DNA of 63,853 nt, counting the filler, from Licmophora abbreviata (taxonomy: Eukaryota): NCBI GenBank assembly GCA_900291995.1. It is 34 parts of 34 records of this genome, joined end to end, with 100 filler letters (N's around TTAATTAATTAA, not from the genome) between each part and the next. Parts side by side here need not be neighbours in the genome. Positions count along the whole stretch, not along the records: positions 22,220 to 24,914 come from OLMU01005763.1; positions 25,015 to 26,234 come from OLMU01005764.1; positions 26,335 to 27,703 come from OLMU01005765.1; positions 27,804 to 29,875 come from OLMU01005766.1; positions 29,976 to 31,209 come from OLMU01005769.1; positions 31,310 to 33,048 come from OLMU01005773.1; positions 33,149 to 34,995 come from OLMU01005774.1; 27 more parts are not named here. The stretch is one strand, 5' to 3'. How positions within the stretch are numbered: the first letter of the stretch is position 1; each line of letters starts with the position of its first letter. Of the stretch, positions 23,062 through 35,095 are shown piece by piece. Below the pieces are notes generated by a model. It was not told the origin of the DNA, did not search any database, and saw nothing but the letters and a program-made list of their open reading frames with translations. A program made the translations under genes and the position numbers.

Positions 23062-26000
23062 ATGATTTGCGTATTCGTCATAGATACCTCGCCGTCAATG
23101 GGCCAGCCACTGATCGATTCAGGTCGTGCAAACGGCACCGGGAGAGTCTCTGGAATGTCACGCTTGGATCTTGCCAAGATGGCGGTCGAGAGCCTGGCGA
23201 ACGGGATGAACAAGCGGGTGATGGAGCACAATGGGCAGCTCCAGCAGGCGACACCAGCTATTCAAAGATCTTTCCATAATTTGGGGTTGGGATACTGTGC
23301 ACCAGATCACTTTCTTCTCTTGTCTACGGGGAGACAACACAGACTGAATTCTTCAACGACAGCGTGCGCCGCTGGCGGACGTCTGTTGGTCGGATATGGT
23401 GGAGATTCTGATGACACGGTACAAAAGGGCGGAACGGAAGCGGCCCCTCATCGGCGGAATTATGCTATATTTGAACGTGAGCTAAAGAACCTTCAGGCGA
23501 CCGTGTGGCAGCCGTCGGCTGGGGAGCTCTCGCCGCCAAATTTGTCGTTTCCAGAAGACGGTGGAGGGGCTACCGGTCTCAATCTTTGTTTATCATCTGG
23601 ACTCCAGCTGATGTCACGATATCGGCTGAACAATCGACAGACTGAAAATTTTGGACTCGGGAGACTTCCGTCTCCTGCCATCCTGGCTCCAAGCGGAGGT
23701 GGGGCGGCAGCTCACTCGTTGCAGCCGGCTTGTCTAATTCTAGTCACAGATGGAGAGTGCCTCCGAAGTTCACCCTCCGAAGGCGGTGGATCATTGCAGC
23801 TTCAAGTGGGAAATATACCACTACGAGAATTTTATCATGAACCATTCCGTTGGGATCAACGAGTCTTTTGTCTTGGTGTCGGGGCGCCATCGGGTGTATC
23901 TTCTTCTGAGCACCTTCCAGGGTCTTTACGGGCTCTCTGTGGTGTAACTGGTGGCTGCCACACGCTTCTTTCATCTTCATCTGCACTGTCGCAAGTAACG
24001 GAGAAGCTACTGAAACGTATTGTGCCCCCGAGGCCGATGGCGATGCCCATTCCTGATCAGCTCACGCCTCACAAGTCATCGCAGACCATCTCATCGACTG
24101 TCGCAGACGGAACGTTTGTCAATGGAGGGCCGATATGCTGTTTTCAGGCTCTTGAAGCAGGCCCAAATGGAGAACAGGCACCAACAGATCGAGCTATGTT
24201 GCTATATGTTCCTGCCGTCCAGCAGTCGTTGGAATCTGTGGCGACCGAGCCGTCGGAGGTATCGTCGTCTTCGTTCCATCCGCCAATGTGGTGTATCCCA
24301 GAATCATTCTTCCCCAGAAAGTCACTTGATACACTTCCCCCACGACTGGCGCAACCATTGTTGACTTTCTCTCGCAATTACTCGATGGTAGGGTCAAACA
24401 CTTTTGATCCGGCATATGTCATGAAGGCCCTGCATCGGCTGGACCAGCTCGTTGTCGCAAATAGGAGCGCTGGCGACGGGGCCTCCAAGAGCCCGTCTCA
24501 AACACGATTACTGCATCGAGATGTCTATATTTGTGAGTGGCTATCTCCAGAGGGCAATATGTTCGCTCCAAGCGGTCCGCCAGGTATATTTCCTGTGTTT
24601 GTTCGCGGGGCGGGCAGGCCTTTGTCCGAAGGCGACGAACACTTTCTCAGCGTCGGTATTCTGCGCGTACCTCAGAGACCGGCCTCCCTTACCAAGCAGA
24701 CCTCAGGCAAACAATTCTGCACCCTAACTCTACTACCACCGGAACCACATATTCTTCTTCCACTGCTCATCAAGGCCGCCGAAGCTGAACATCGAGCTAT
24801 CAAGAAAGCATCGGAAACAAAGGAATCTACGGACCGACCTGGGACCACGGCTGGCCGGCCCCGCAATCAAGATGATACGGCAGGAGCTAGAAATGTTAAT
24901 CTTGACGAGCATTGNNNNNNNNNNNNNNNNNNNNNNNNNNNNNNNNNNNNNNNNNNNNTTAATTAATTAANNNNNNNNNNNNNNNNNNNNNNNNNNNNNN
25001 NNNNNNNNNNNNNNCTCCGTGCGTATTTCTTCCGCGTTCCTATTTACTACCACAATGCTCTCAAGAGAAGTTTGCGTCCGATCCTTCCTACGAGTACTCA
25101 ATCAATGCTTACTCTGGAAAGTATCGAAACGCTCGCATCGCAGTGCTTTTCAAATACATGCCTTCAGAAGATTAGACATGCGGAGCAAGTAGCACGTGAT
25201 ACAAATGAACGACTTGAGCGAAATGAAGCCGAAATGCGGCGACATGGAATGATACCGATCGACTCGACGATGCAAAAACAGCCAGGGGACGCCTTTCGAG
25301 AGGTTCCCATGGTTGGTTACGGCCAGTATGATCCACGCAGTTCCACACCTAGCTACCTTGCTGCGCTACGTACCATGCCTGCTCCTTGGAAAGTGAGTGC
25401 AGGCTGGAGGAAACAGCGTGGCGAAGACACATCTAACAAGGTCGCTGGCTCGCAGGAAGGAAGGAGTGATACCGCTTCCATTGTTAAAGGTACCGAGGAA
25501 GACGATTCGAGTTTGACAGCGATAGATATGTGAGTGTTTGCAACGAATGTGGTGCCGGCTAAACACAGTACCATCTCACTCATCATACACGACCCAATGT
25601 CTATCAACAGTCTTGGTAACCTTCCGGCGAGCTGTTTGATGCCTTACTATGAGTCGCGAAGGCGTTGGATCTTTGGAGGATCGGGGTTGACTACGAGAGG
25701 CGTGCAGGTGGAGGGTGTAAACAATGACGGTAGCAACGTACATCGATATCGCGCAAAGCACGGTATCGATGATGAGTCCCTTCTTGCGATCGCCGGTGTT
25801 GGTGTCTCAACTTTGAATCAGACGGCGACAGCGAAGATGGGAGACTTTCGAGAGCGCCTACTATGGTCTCGAGCCCCCGTGGTCGGATACGGTTCAAACG
25901 ATGCTAGTGGCGTTGCTGCAACGACTGCTGCGGATGGCTCCGCCACGTGGTCTGTAGATGACGATGCGCTCCCCCTGAGCTTCTTCAATCCAGTAACTGG

Positions 26001-26871
26001 GGAATTCACCGATTCGGTGGAGACTCGCGTGCGCTCCCGTCTTTCGGTTAGTTTTGGCAATCCCTACAAAGACAAGAGAGGCGACTCGGTTATCCCTGAG
26101 AAGTATCTTAGCCAAAGCCCCTCATCGTCGCAACGCCAGAGAGATTCTTTGGATCATGGGGCGACTCCTCCTCCGGGGTCGCCTCCCCATGATACGTTTT
26201 CTGGTGCAGAAGGGGAAGGCGAAGCGGCTTTTGCNNNNNNNNNNNNNNNNNNNNNNNNNNNNNNNNNNNNNNNNNNNNTTAATTAATTAANNNNNNNNNN
26301 NNNNNNNNNNNNNNNNNNNNNNNNNNNNNNNNNNCGGCATTCAACGTGGGATAGTCCAGGTGCCGAACCCACTCAAACGATCTTAGCTAAGGAGACGCAA
26401 AGCAAACGTCATCGCGAAGAAGAGCTGCCGACTGAAGTACCATCTGGTCAGAGAATGCCTCCTTCGAAGAAACCACGAGCGGCGGACGGAGTTGCGAATC
26501 CGACCGAGGCCACTACGAAGTACCGCCAACCTCCTCCACCTCCAAAAGTGGGTCCCCGCAAGCAGCCTCCTCCTCCGCCACCAAGACCGCCGCCGAGACC
26601 TCCAACCGAAAAGGGTGCATCTGGAGATGACGCAGTTGTAGATATGTCGAGTGATCCGACGCCCGAGCAAGCGCTTGGGGGCCCACTTGTCGACAATGTC
26701 CGGAAGCAGATCTTGGGCCCCGCAAAGCTGCAGAGGGCAGACGAGAAACCACAAGTCGATCTTCCACCTGGATGGATGTGCGTTTGGTCTAAGAGCCAGA
26801 AACGATGGTACTTTTTCAGTACTAAAACGAACACGAGTGTCTGGGAGTGGCCTCCGCCTGGCGATATATGA
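23062..26871 (+). CDS. INTS6: Integrator complex subunit 6-like (VWA), split over three contigs, C-terminal polyproline + WW domain
   Basis: FVIDTSPSM...RLDLAKMAVESL, ENFGLGR, EPFRWDQRVF, LCGVTGG, WCIPESFFP..LPPRLAQP, FGNPYK. Intron 25530-25610. Last contig encodes LPPGWMCVWSKSQKRWYFFSTKTNTSVWEWP. Confidence 0.82.
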
Positions 26872-26895
26872 ATAATGGAAGATCGTCTTTATAGC

Positions 26896-28927
26896 TTAGA
26901 AGTCTAATAGCACCATCAGAGATTCGTCGAGCTGAAGCATGGCGTTGTCTAGCCGCTCGAGACCCTGGCAGAACTTCTTGTAATTCATCTTGTCTAGCTC
27001 AAGGTGATTTTCGCCTACGTCTCCAGCTTCTTTCGCCCGTTCAATCCAATCTTTGCCGCTGGCCACTTCGTGTTGCCTTCGGAGCCGGACGTTGACAAGT
27101 GCAGTGCAAACGTTGTCGATGACCATTTGTCTCATCTTCTGCGTCGATACGTTCCATAAGAATATTGCATTCGATGGGTTGTGCTGCCTACTCTGCTGGA
27201 GAGTGAACAGATCGATATAGTTCTCGCGGTAAAGCGTGTGTAAAATCTTCAGAAGGCAGCAAAACGAAAGCACGAATGAGCTACGGCGAATAATTTGTGC
27301 AAGCACCGTGGTACAAATACAAAGCTCACCTCCCGAGTGTCTTTTGCCGGAACCATCGCCATCTCCGCAACGGCGTCCGATTCAAGATGACCTTTCGTCG
27401 CGAGAATCGAACAGATGCGAGCAGCGACTTCACCCTGTCGATCGAAAACAACCTGTGACGTCGGGTTATCTTGGGTCAGTCTTGTCTCGATCGAACAAAC
27501 GACTGCACCTGGGATCCCACAAACCCTCGGTTTTTCAACAGTACTCACCTGACGATGCAATCTGTCTCGAAGATGATCTACAATGCGGCTGCTGGTAATA
27601 ATGAAACTCCCTCCGCTCGGGTGCCCTTCTGGTTCTTCCAATTCAAGAACGAGAGGTGGATACGTCACGTGGGAAAGGTCGTGCAGAGCCCTCGACAAGT
27701 TCGNNNNNNNNNNNNNNNNNNNNNNNNNNNNNNNNNNNNNNNNNNNNTTAATTAATTAANNNNNNNNNNNNNNNNNNNNNNNNNNNNNNNNNNNNNNNNN
27801 NNNCCAGATTTCTTCTCCAGTGAGAGCTGGATAGGCTTTGGCAAGTACGACAAAAGTTCGCTGGGGGAAAATGCAGTTTGAGCATCCGGATCTCGTATCC
27901 TCGTAGCATGCTTTCGGTGGGCTACGAGCTTCAACGCAGATGTCACCATAGAGCCAGCGCTCTGAACCTTGTGGCCATAGCGCTCCGAAACAAGCCTCCC
28001 TAGACTGTATGCGCGCAAATGATCGTGGTACATGGCGATGTTAAGGCGCCAAACGCAGTCTGGTCGAAGCAAATTACAGTAGGGCGCGCTCATGATCAGT
28101 GTCATGATAGCAGAGTCGCCTCTGCGCAAACGAAGTGGCAAGTGTTCGCCGTTCTTCTGTTTCGCTTCTGCTTTTCGCCGTTTCTTTCGTAGTCTGCCTT
28201 CGTCAGTATCAACGAATTCTGCTTCCTCGCCCTCTGCCGGCGTACCACCATTAACTGAGGGTAAGATTGACGACACCTCGTCGATATATCCATCGTCAAC
28301 AAGTCTTCGAAAACTTTCAGCGACCGCTTCCTGGTGCGTGGTGTGTTCCAACTGGGCATCGCCAGAACCAGCCTTCAACCGTGTCACAGTAGCGAAAATA
28401 GCGTCAGCTGTACTCATCTGACCGTGCAGCAACAGCTCCTCCACCAATGCTGCCGCCACATGATCCAAAACCTTCTTGGTATATTCGACATAACGCGGAT
28501 ATCGAGGTAGCAGCCGTGCCCGATGCAAATCAAACCGGTATAGTACCGTCCTTTTCGAACTAACAGTCGCATACTCCGTTTGTACTATGCCGTGTTGGAA
28601 CATGACTATCAGAGCTGCTCGTATGGGTTCTACTTCGACTACATACCCTGAGGATGGTGGTCCCTTCGCACAGTGCAGTTTGTAGTCTCCATTGACAACA
28701 AGACGCTCCCGCTCTTCGTTCCATTCTCGTTGGCACTGACTTCGGATACTCGTTACAATCTGTGCTAACGAGGAGGCTCCACCGCGAGTCTGTAGAGAGT
28801 CAGCGACCGTTTGAGCTGTTGGACCAAAGTAATCTCGAATGCAGTTGGATGCTAGCGTGATCACGGGCTCGTGGGGCAAGGACGATAGCGGGGATGTATG
28901 AACGAACCCCCCAAAGGGATTTGTCAT
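26896..28927 (-). CDS. RPC3: RNA polymerase III subunit RPC3/RPC82, split by a linker, with introns (e.g. 27247-27329)
   Basis: CIRDYFGPTAQTVADSLQTRG, ALIVMFQHG, LLPRYPRY, LVEELLLHG, WRLN; C-terminus AARICSILATKGHLESDAVAEMAMVPAKDTRE/ILHTLYRENY...FLWNV. Confidence 0.85.
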
Positions 28928-29307
28928 GAGTATGTAATGGGTCGATCTCCCGGGGCTAAACTCTTCCAGATTTTCCTAATTCCTGATCCTCACAATTTAC
29001 TCTCTTTGTGACCTCTCTGGTAACTTATGGAGTGGAGTCGATCAGAAGACGTGATATCAGTTGGCGGATGATGATCCCATCGTCGTGAGGTCACTTTTTC
29101 GGTTTTTGCTCTTTTGGAATGGTGTGGTCGAGACAGGCGACTCAAAACCTATTGTTGTGCCCACCGCACCGCGCACTACTCGTACAACTGGTACGACTTT
29201 CAAACAATGTTTCGCGCCGGAAAAAGTCTGCAATAGCATAGCTGTAGACTAATGACAGTTCTACTGAAATGATTCATAAGATACTTCCACCTTGATGATA
29301 TCGTTGC

Positions 29308-30532
29308 TCACCAAATCATCTTTGTATATCCCTTGGTACCAAACACTTCGTTGAAAGACTCCGTATCGCTGTACCGGTAGTGGCCGGGCGGCACGTTATT
29401 GAGGGTCTTCCTGGCACGTAACTCAGACGGCTCTAGAGCTTCCAGGGGAATCTTGCAGAGATCAATCATGTCCGTCGATGCGACAATTGTATTGCGGTCG
29501 AGGTCGGTAAATCGGAGGGCGCTCATGTCCGATTCATCTGCCTAGAATAATATCAATGTGTACAGAGGAGAGAGCATTGAGTGATCACTCCATCCCAGGC
29601 ACTCTCAAAACAACATGGGACACGAAGCATACACAAATACTCACGGCCAAAACGAGCGCATCGCCTGCGCCATGTCCATCCGTCCTAGTAGCTTCTGGAA
29701 GCCACCCGATCTCATACTTCGCCAGGCGTGTCCGGTTTCCAATGCTGTCGTTGATTGCCATACCCAAGGCGCAGGGCCCAGACAGGAAGAGACTGGTCCA
29801 CTGGCGAAGCTTCCACGTTTCCATTGCCGGTCCGTCGTGTACACACAAGTCACGTTCTATATCATATGCATCGTANNNNNNNNNNNNNNNNNNNNNNNNN
29901 NNNNNNNNNNNNNNNNNNNTTAATTAATTAANNNNNNNNNNNNNNNNNNNNNNNNNNNNNNNNNNNNNNNNNNNNGCGTGTTTCACAAACGATCGTTTCA
30001 GTGTGCGGTCTACAAAGCGACCCACCATACCACCCTGTATTTCATTTTCATTGATTCCAAAACAAAATCTTTGCAGAGGACGTAGTACATAGGCATAAAG
30101 CAAGAGTCCAATTCCAACGAACTTGATCGCAGCGCTCCTCCTACTCCTCGTTGTTGTTCGTGTGGTCGAGAATAGTCTGCCGAATAACGTACGCTTGTTG
30201 TTGAAATTGCTACTGGTTCGCCGATTCCTCCTCATGAAGCTCACTCGTCGTCCTGAAGACGCACCTCCACCTGAACTCATCATCTCATTGCTCTCGTCGT
30301 AATTGTGTTTTGAGATATTTCGTTTACGGAGAGGGGGCGGCGACGACGCTGGTGATGATTGTGGTGTACCATGATTGGTAGAAGTGACTCGATTGTTATC
30401 ACTGCGAAGCATGTTGGAGACGACAAGAGTCATGCCCTCGCTCAAGTCTAATCTTCTCTCGTCATTCCCGCCACCGCCGCCATCATCATCATCATCATCA
30501 TCATCATCCTCGTGTAGTCGAGTCGTCGTCAC
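29308..30532 (-). CDS. GT32-like glycosyltransferase paralog (N-terminal TM piece and C-terminal piece, middle lost in gap; start uncertain)
   Basis: LFLSGPCALGMAINDSIG...IGWL...GDALVLA/...DMSALRFTDLDRNTIVASTD is homologous to the 20016 and 30797 C-termini. Basic tail + TM (FVGIGLLLYAYVL) at 29976-30532. Confidence 0.6.
30481..30507 (+). repeat. (CAT)9 microsatellite
   Basis: catcatcatcatcatcatcatcatcat, read directly. Confidence 0.9.
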
Positions 30533-30796
30533 TCGTCATGGCAGTGTGTCGTCACAGCATGATGCGGCTCCTCATTGTCGCGTCGTCGTCGGGCGACTAT
30601 CGCGAGGCTGTGCTTTGTGTGATCGCGCGGAGAGATACGTCCGGCGTCCGGCTTCCAAGTTTAGAGTGAGGCCACCGACGAACACTACGAGTATAGCACA
30701 CTACCATCGCACTTCGACACTATAGCATGGCTTGCATGTGCTACAAGGACTCCTACTCTACAAAGACGTTCTTGGAAAAAGCGAGCGAGAGATTCA

Positions 30797-31209
30797 CTAT
30801 ACGTTTTGCCTTGTTACATTGAGTTTAATGAACTCATTGGTGACCATGTTGTCCCGATAGACTCCTGTTGCTCCAAAGATGTCATTCACGTGTTCGTACT
30901 GAGAGTAGTGCACGTGCTCATCAGCAGCAGGAGATGCATTTTTGACTGCCTCATCATGAGCTTCATCGATCGTCCGAACGGGGTCCATGGAAACGCCCTT
31001 CAGTGAAGTAGACGCCACCATGAGGTTTCGTTCCACGTCGGTGAACCGCATCGCCCCCATGTCACTTTTGCTGGAGCACAGTAACAAGGAATCTCCAACA
31101 TCGGATGCGACGCTTGCATCGGACGCTACTAACCATCCAGGTGTGTAGCCGGACAGCGGCTGCCTTCCCAGTGCATCATTCACCGCGAGCCCGAGAAGAC
31201 AAGGACCGG
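30797..31209 (-). CDS. GT32-like glycosyltransferase paralog, C-terminal fragment
   Basis: GPCLLGLAVNDALG...PGWL...GDSLLL..KSDMGAMRFTDVERNLMVASTS...HYS...IFGATGVYRD. Confidence 0.62.
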
Positions 31210-31309
31210 NNNNNNNNNNNNNNNNNNNNNNNNNNNNNNNNNNNNNNNNNNNNTTAATTAATTAANNNNNNNNNNNNNNNNNNNNNNNNNNNNNNNNNNN
31301 NNNNNNNNN

Positions 31310-32401
31310 AGACTCGTATTGTCCAATGGTCTTACAGCCAGACCAGTTGCAATCGCCGGGCAAAAGGTCCCATTGGTAAACAATGGAAAATCAGCGGCTT
31401 GGTTTCACAACGACCCAGATGGCGCGGCTATCTTTCCAAAAGACAACGGAGGATACGTCTATGTAAGCAATGCCGAGAATCCAAATACAGGAAGCAACTG
31501 GCAAGCCGGTGGCGTCGGCGCGATTGAGTTCAATGCTCAGGGACAAGCAGTGAGCTACAGAAAGATCGACACTGTCACCAGTAACAACTGTGGTGGTGGT
31601 AAGACGCCATGGAACTCTTGGGTGACCTGTGAAGAAATGAATGGCGGACGTGTCTATCAGACCGACCCGTACGGCTATCGTAGTCCGGTCCTAACGCAGA
31701 TGGGTGGGCTTGGCATGTACGAATCATTCGCTTACGATATCGGCACTGCCACTCCAACATTCTATGTGACGAGAGACTCCAGCGATGGAGTCTTGACGCG
31801 CTTCACTCCCGACACCCAAGGAATGGCGTGCTTCAATCAACCAAACAACTACCAGCGGTGGTGCACACTAAACTCTGGTACCAAAGACTACTTGCTCCTT
31901 TTGGGTGGACAAAACGGGCAGTTTACGTGGACGAGCGACTACAACAAAGCTAAGAAGAATGCGAAGGACTACTATCCCAACGCCGAAGGGATCGACATTC
32001 AAGACGGAACATTGTACTTTGTATCGAAAGCCGCGAAACGACTCGTACTTTTAAACTTGCGATCCCTCCTCTATTCCTACCACACCACCAAGAGCGGGGC
32101 CTTCGACAAGCAACCCGATCAGATTGCACGCATCACCGGCGACGACTCCGGCATTGCCTTCTTTTGCGAAGACGGTGGAACCTCCCCAGGAATCTTTGGA
32201 CGCGATGCGAGCGGCAAGTACTTCACAATTCTCTACGGCGAGCTCGGTTCTTTCGATGAGACGACAGGATTGGCTTTTACTCCTGACAATATGCGCATGT
32301 ACTTTTCAATGCAATCCATCGGTATTATCTACGAGGTCACACGCGATGACGGCCGACCCTTTGATGGTGCCCTGGTGGACATCAAGTATCATGCCTCTTA
32401 A
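31310..32401 (+). CDS. PhoX/DUF839-like alkaline phosphatase domain, 5' truncated
   Basis: FHNDPDGAA, YVYVSNAE, GGVGAIEF, NCGGGKTPWNSWVTCEE, YESFAYD, EGID, QPDQ, FCEDGG, ETTGLAFTPD. Confidence 0.85.
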   Translation, partial: RLVLSNGLTARPVAIAGQKVPLVNNGKSAAWFHNDPDGAAIFPKDNGGYVYVSNAENPNTGSNWQAGGVGAIEFNAQGQAVSYRKIDTVTSNNCGGGKTPWNSWVTCEEMNGGRVYQTDPYGYRSPVLTQMGGLGMYESFAYDIGTATPTFYVTRDSSDGVLTRFTPDTQGMACFNQPNNYQRWCTLNSGTKDYLLLLGGQNGQFTWTSDYNKAKKNAKDYYPNAEGIDIQDGTLYFVSKAAKRLVLLNLRSLLYSYHTTKSGAFDKQPDQIARITGDDSGIAFFCEDGGTSPGIFGRDASGKYFTILYGELGSFDETTGLAFTPDNMRMYFSMQSIGIIYEVTRDDGRPFDGALVDIKYHAS

Positions 32402-32528
32402 GAATTAGATTTGAATAGAAACACTGTTACATACACTCTTTTACTGTCGGTACTCCTAACTCGCTTAGGACTGACTACACGTAAGTATACTCATACTCCT
32501 ACGAAACCAAAACAAACGTATACTTGCT

Positions 32529-33319
32529 TCATCCCCTGGGTGCACGGAAGGGGTTGATTCTCGTAAAGATGGCCTGTCCACGAACGTAGTGGGAAAGTGC
32601 CCCGGCAACATGCAACGGCACGAGAAATTTTCCATACGTCCCGAGCTGTTTGTGAATTTGAAAGCTCTAATTGGAATTTCAAGCAGCAATAAACGATGGT
32701 CCGACCGTGAGTATGAGTATAATGCTGTCTGAAAGTCTCGTGATAGTAGAGGAAGCACATCCGTGAGCGACCACAATTCTCTCACCTTTTTTGCAATCTG
32801 TCCATTCTGTTGCTTGGTCTCTTCCGTGGCCACGACTCCGGGAATCGTCTTGTAGAAAAAGGGGAGTCCCTTCCCACCATAGTATCCCATGGCCACTCCC
32901 GTCGCTGGCATGACAATCATGAATCCGTACAATCCATAGTGCACCGCAGTACCAAGAACGTTCTCCAGATTGGTATTTCCCAGCAAATGTTGAACTCGAT
33001 AGGAGTCTCGACTCAAGACACGATAGGCCACGCGCGGAGCAACAATCANNNNNNNNNNNNNNNNNNNNNNNNNNNNNNNNNNNNNNNNNNNNTTAATTAA
33101 TTAANNNNNNNNNNNNNNNNNNNNNNNNNNNNNNNNNNNNNNNNNNNNACCCGTCAAGAGACCCAAGCTCTTGTGACGCCACATCCACTTGCCCTTTTCT
33201 TCCTTGGGGGCGTTCTGGGCCTTCATGACAGTGGCGACGCAACCGACGAGCGGGACGGCCACCATCCAGTGAAAGTAAGAGGCTGTAATGGAATAGCCCA
33301 AACGAGGAAACGCGGACAT
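32529..33319 (-). CDS. Bacterial-type di-heme cytochrome b561 (CybB/YceJ-like), split by a linker; intron 32667-32785
   Basis: YSITASYFHW, MWRHKSLGLL, VHYGLYGFMIVMPATG, spliced SFQIHKQLG...LHVAGALSH. Four TM helices with heme-ligand His pattern. Confidence 0.85.
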
Positions 33320-33632
33320 GATGGTGAGAGGGAGGGACAAGCCTATGTATGATGGCACCCGAACGAAAGGTGATTCGGATCTCAAAGACAGCACAGCGGA
33401 TGATGATCTAGCGCGGCTGTCATGCTGTGTTCATCCCGCGATGTTGGGCAAAGATTGAAAAGATCTGTTTTCTGTTTTCTGTTTTCTGCTTTCTCTTTCG
33501 ACAGAGGATGTCCGTTCATGACGTCACAGGGTTCGCATTCAAACACGCCTCACTTTTTCAACTTTCAGACTGTGTCAAGACGATCTCACTTTGCGTTTAC
33601 CGTCGACACAGTCGGTAGAATAGACAGCTGTC

Positions 33633-34995
33633 ATGGGAGACTGTCGTATACGAATCCTGGTTTCAAAAAAGATCGATTGGCCAGTTGACAATGATGCGAT
33701 GGCGTCCATCATGATGGAAAATAATAATCACGGCTCTGTTACTACTGATGCTCCATCAGATTCACCTTTATGGCATAGCATCATGACGAGAGTCTATTCG
33801 GCGGATACGACAGTGCGCGAAGTAGCCGAAGACGTCTTGATACCTTTGTTTGGCGAAACTGCTATTTCAGAGATGAGCAACAAGATAAGTCTCTGGGACA
33901 GTACTCTGCATCCACCCAAGGACATTACCGACTGGCCGACCCTCCTCTACCCTGACACGACGGGCAGTCAAAGTAAGACGCTTTACGATGCCGGATGGTT
34001 TCCTTCTGGAACATGGCAAATACTTCCACCCGACACCGTCCCCAAGACCTCTTCGCTCGACGACGACGTGCAATACAATCGACCACTCCACCGTGATGGC
34101 GGTCCTTCACGTCAGGTTCGATCTTCTACTCGTGCTGCAACAGTCAAACCATCCGAAGTTCTCCAGTCTGTGACAGATCGCTTTCAGCATCAGGATTCGA
34201 TGGATCATCCATTTAAAACCCAAGAAGCCCTACGGATCCGACGACAGGCATCCGTCGCACGGCAAACCAAGGAACGAGCTCGACACGCCAAACTAGAGGC
34301 ACGGATGAACCAACTTTTGCAGTCCGATATCGACAACAACAACAACAACAACAAGAAGAAGAAAACTGCAGTAGTATCAAAACAAGTTTTCAACATGTTA
34401 CTGAAAAGTCGCTGTACGGGTAGCAAAAGTTTGAAGGTACAAGATCGTGTCTATTTGCATTTGGTCGTCGTCACGACAACGATGAATGGCAGCGATCACG
34501 ATAACAGTTGGAAGCAACACTATCGATACTTCTCACGCCAAGATACGGTGGCACGAATATTGTCCACAATCGTAATGGTGAAGGACACTTCGGCGTCTCA
34601 ACAAGCGGAACTGTTAGTGAAATGGAAGAATCGCAGCGAACTACACGGTATCAATGCCGACGCTTCTTCATTGTCCACCGCGCCTGCGTATCGGCGACTT
34701 CCCACTGTAATGCGACTCTATGAGGCAATCGACCAGGAGTATTTGAACGAAGTGGATTCGGTTGTGATTCGATGTTATTCGCCGTCTTCTGACGAAGAGC
34801 CCACAACGAGTGTATTGGAGTCATCTCTGGACGACGACGATGACGGCATGACGAGTACAATCGAAGATTGTTCGATGCATGACAACGCGGAGATGACTGC
34901 TGTTAATGACCCACCGAACGGCGGAACGGAAGCGCAAGTAGTCGTACGCAAGGAATCAACTTCGGACACACGTCTTACTGCGCTACCGGACCGTG
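33633..34995 (+). CDS. Protein with UBX-like and ZFAND1/Cuz1-type ubiquitin-like regions, 3' truncated at linker
   Basis: Long open frame; HPPK...SKTLYDAGWFPSGTWQI (UBX-like end); coiled coil; LLKSRCTGSKSLKVQDRVYLHLVV...YFSRQDTVARIL (ZFAND1-like UBL start). Confidence 0.6.
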
Positions 34996-35095
34996 NNNNN
35001 NNNNNNNNNNNNNNNNNNNNNNNNNNNNNNNNNNNNNNNTTAATTAATTAANNNNNNNNNNNNNNNNNNNNNNNNNNNNNNNNNNNNNNNNNNNN

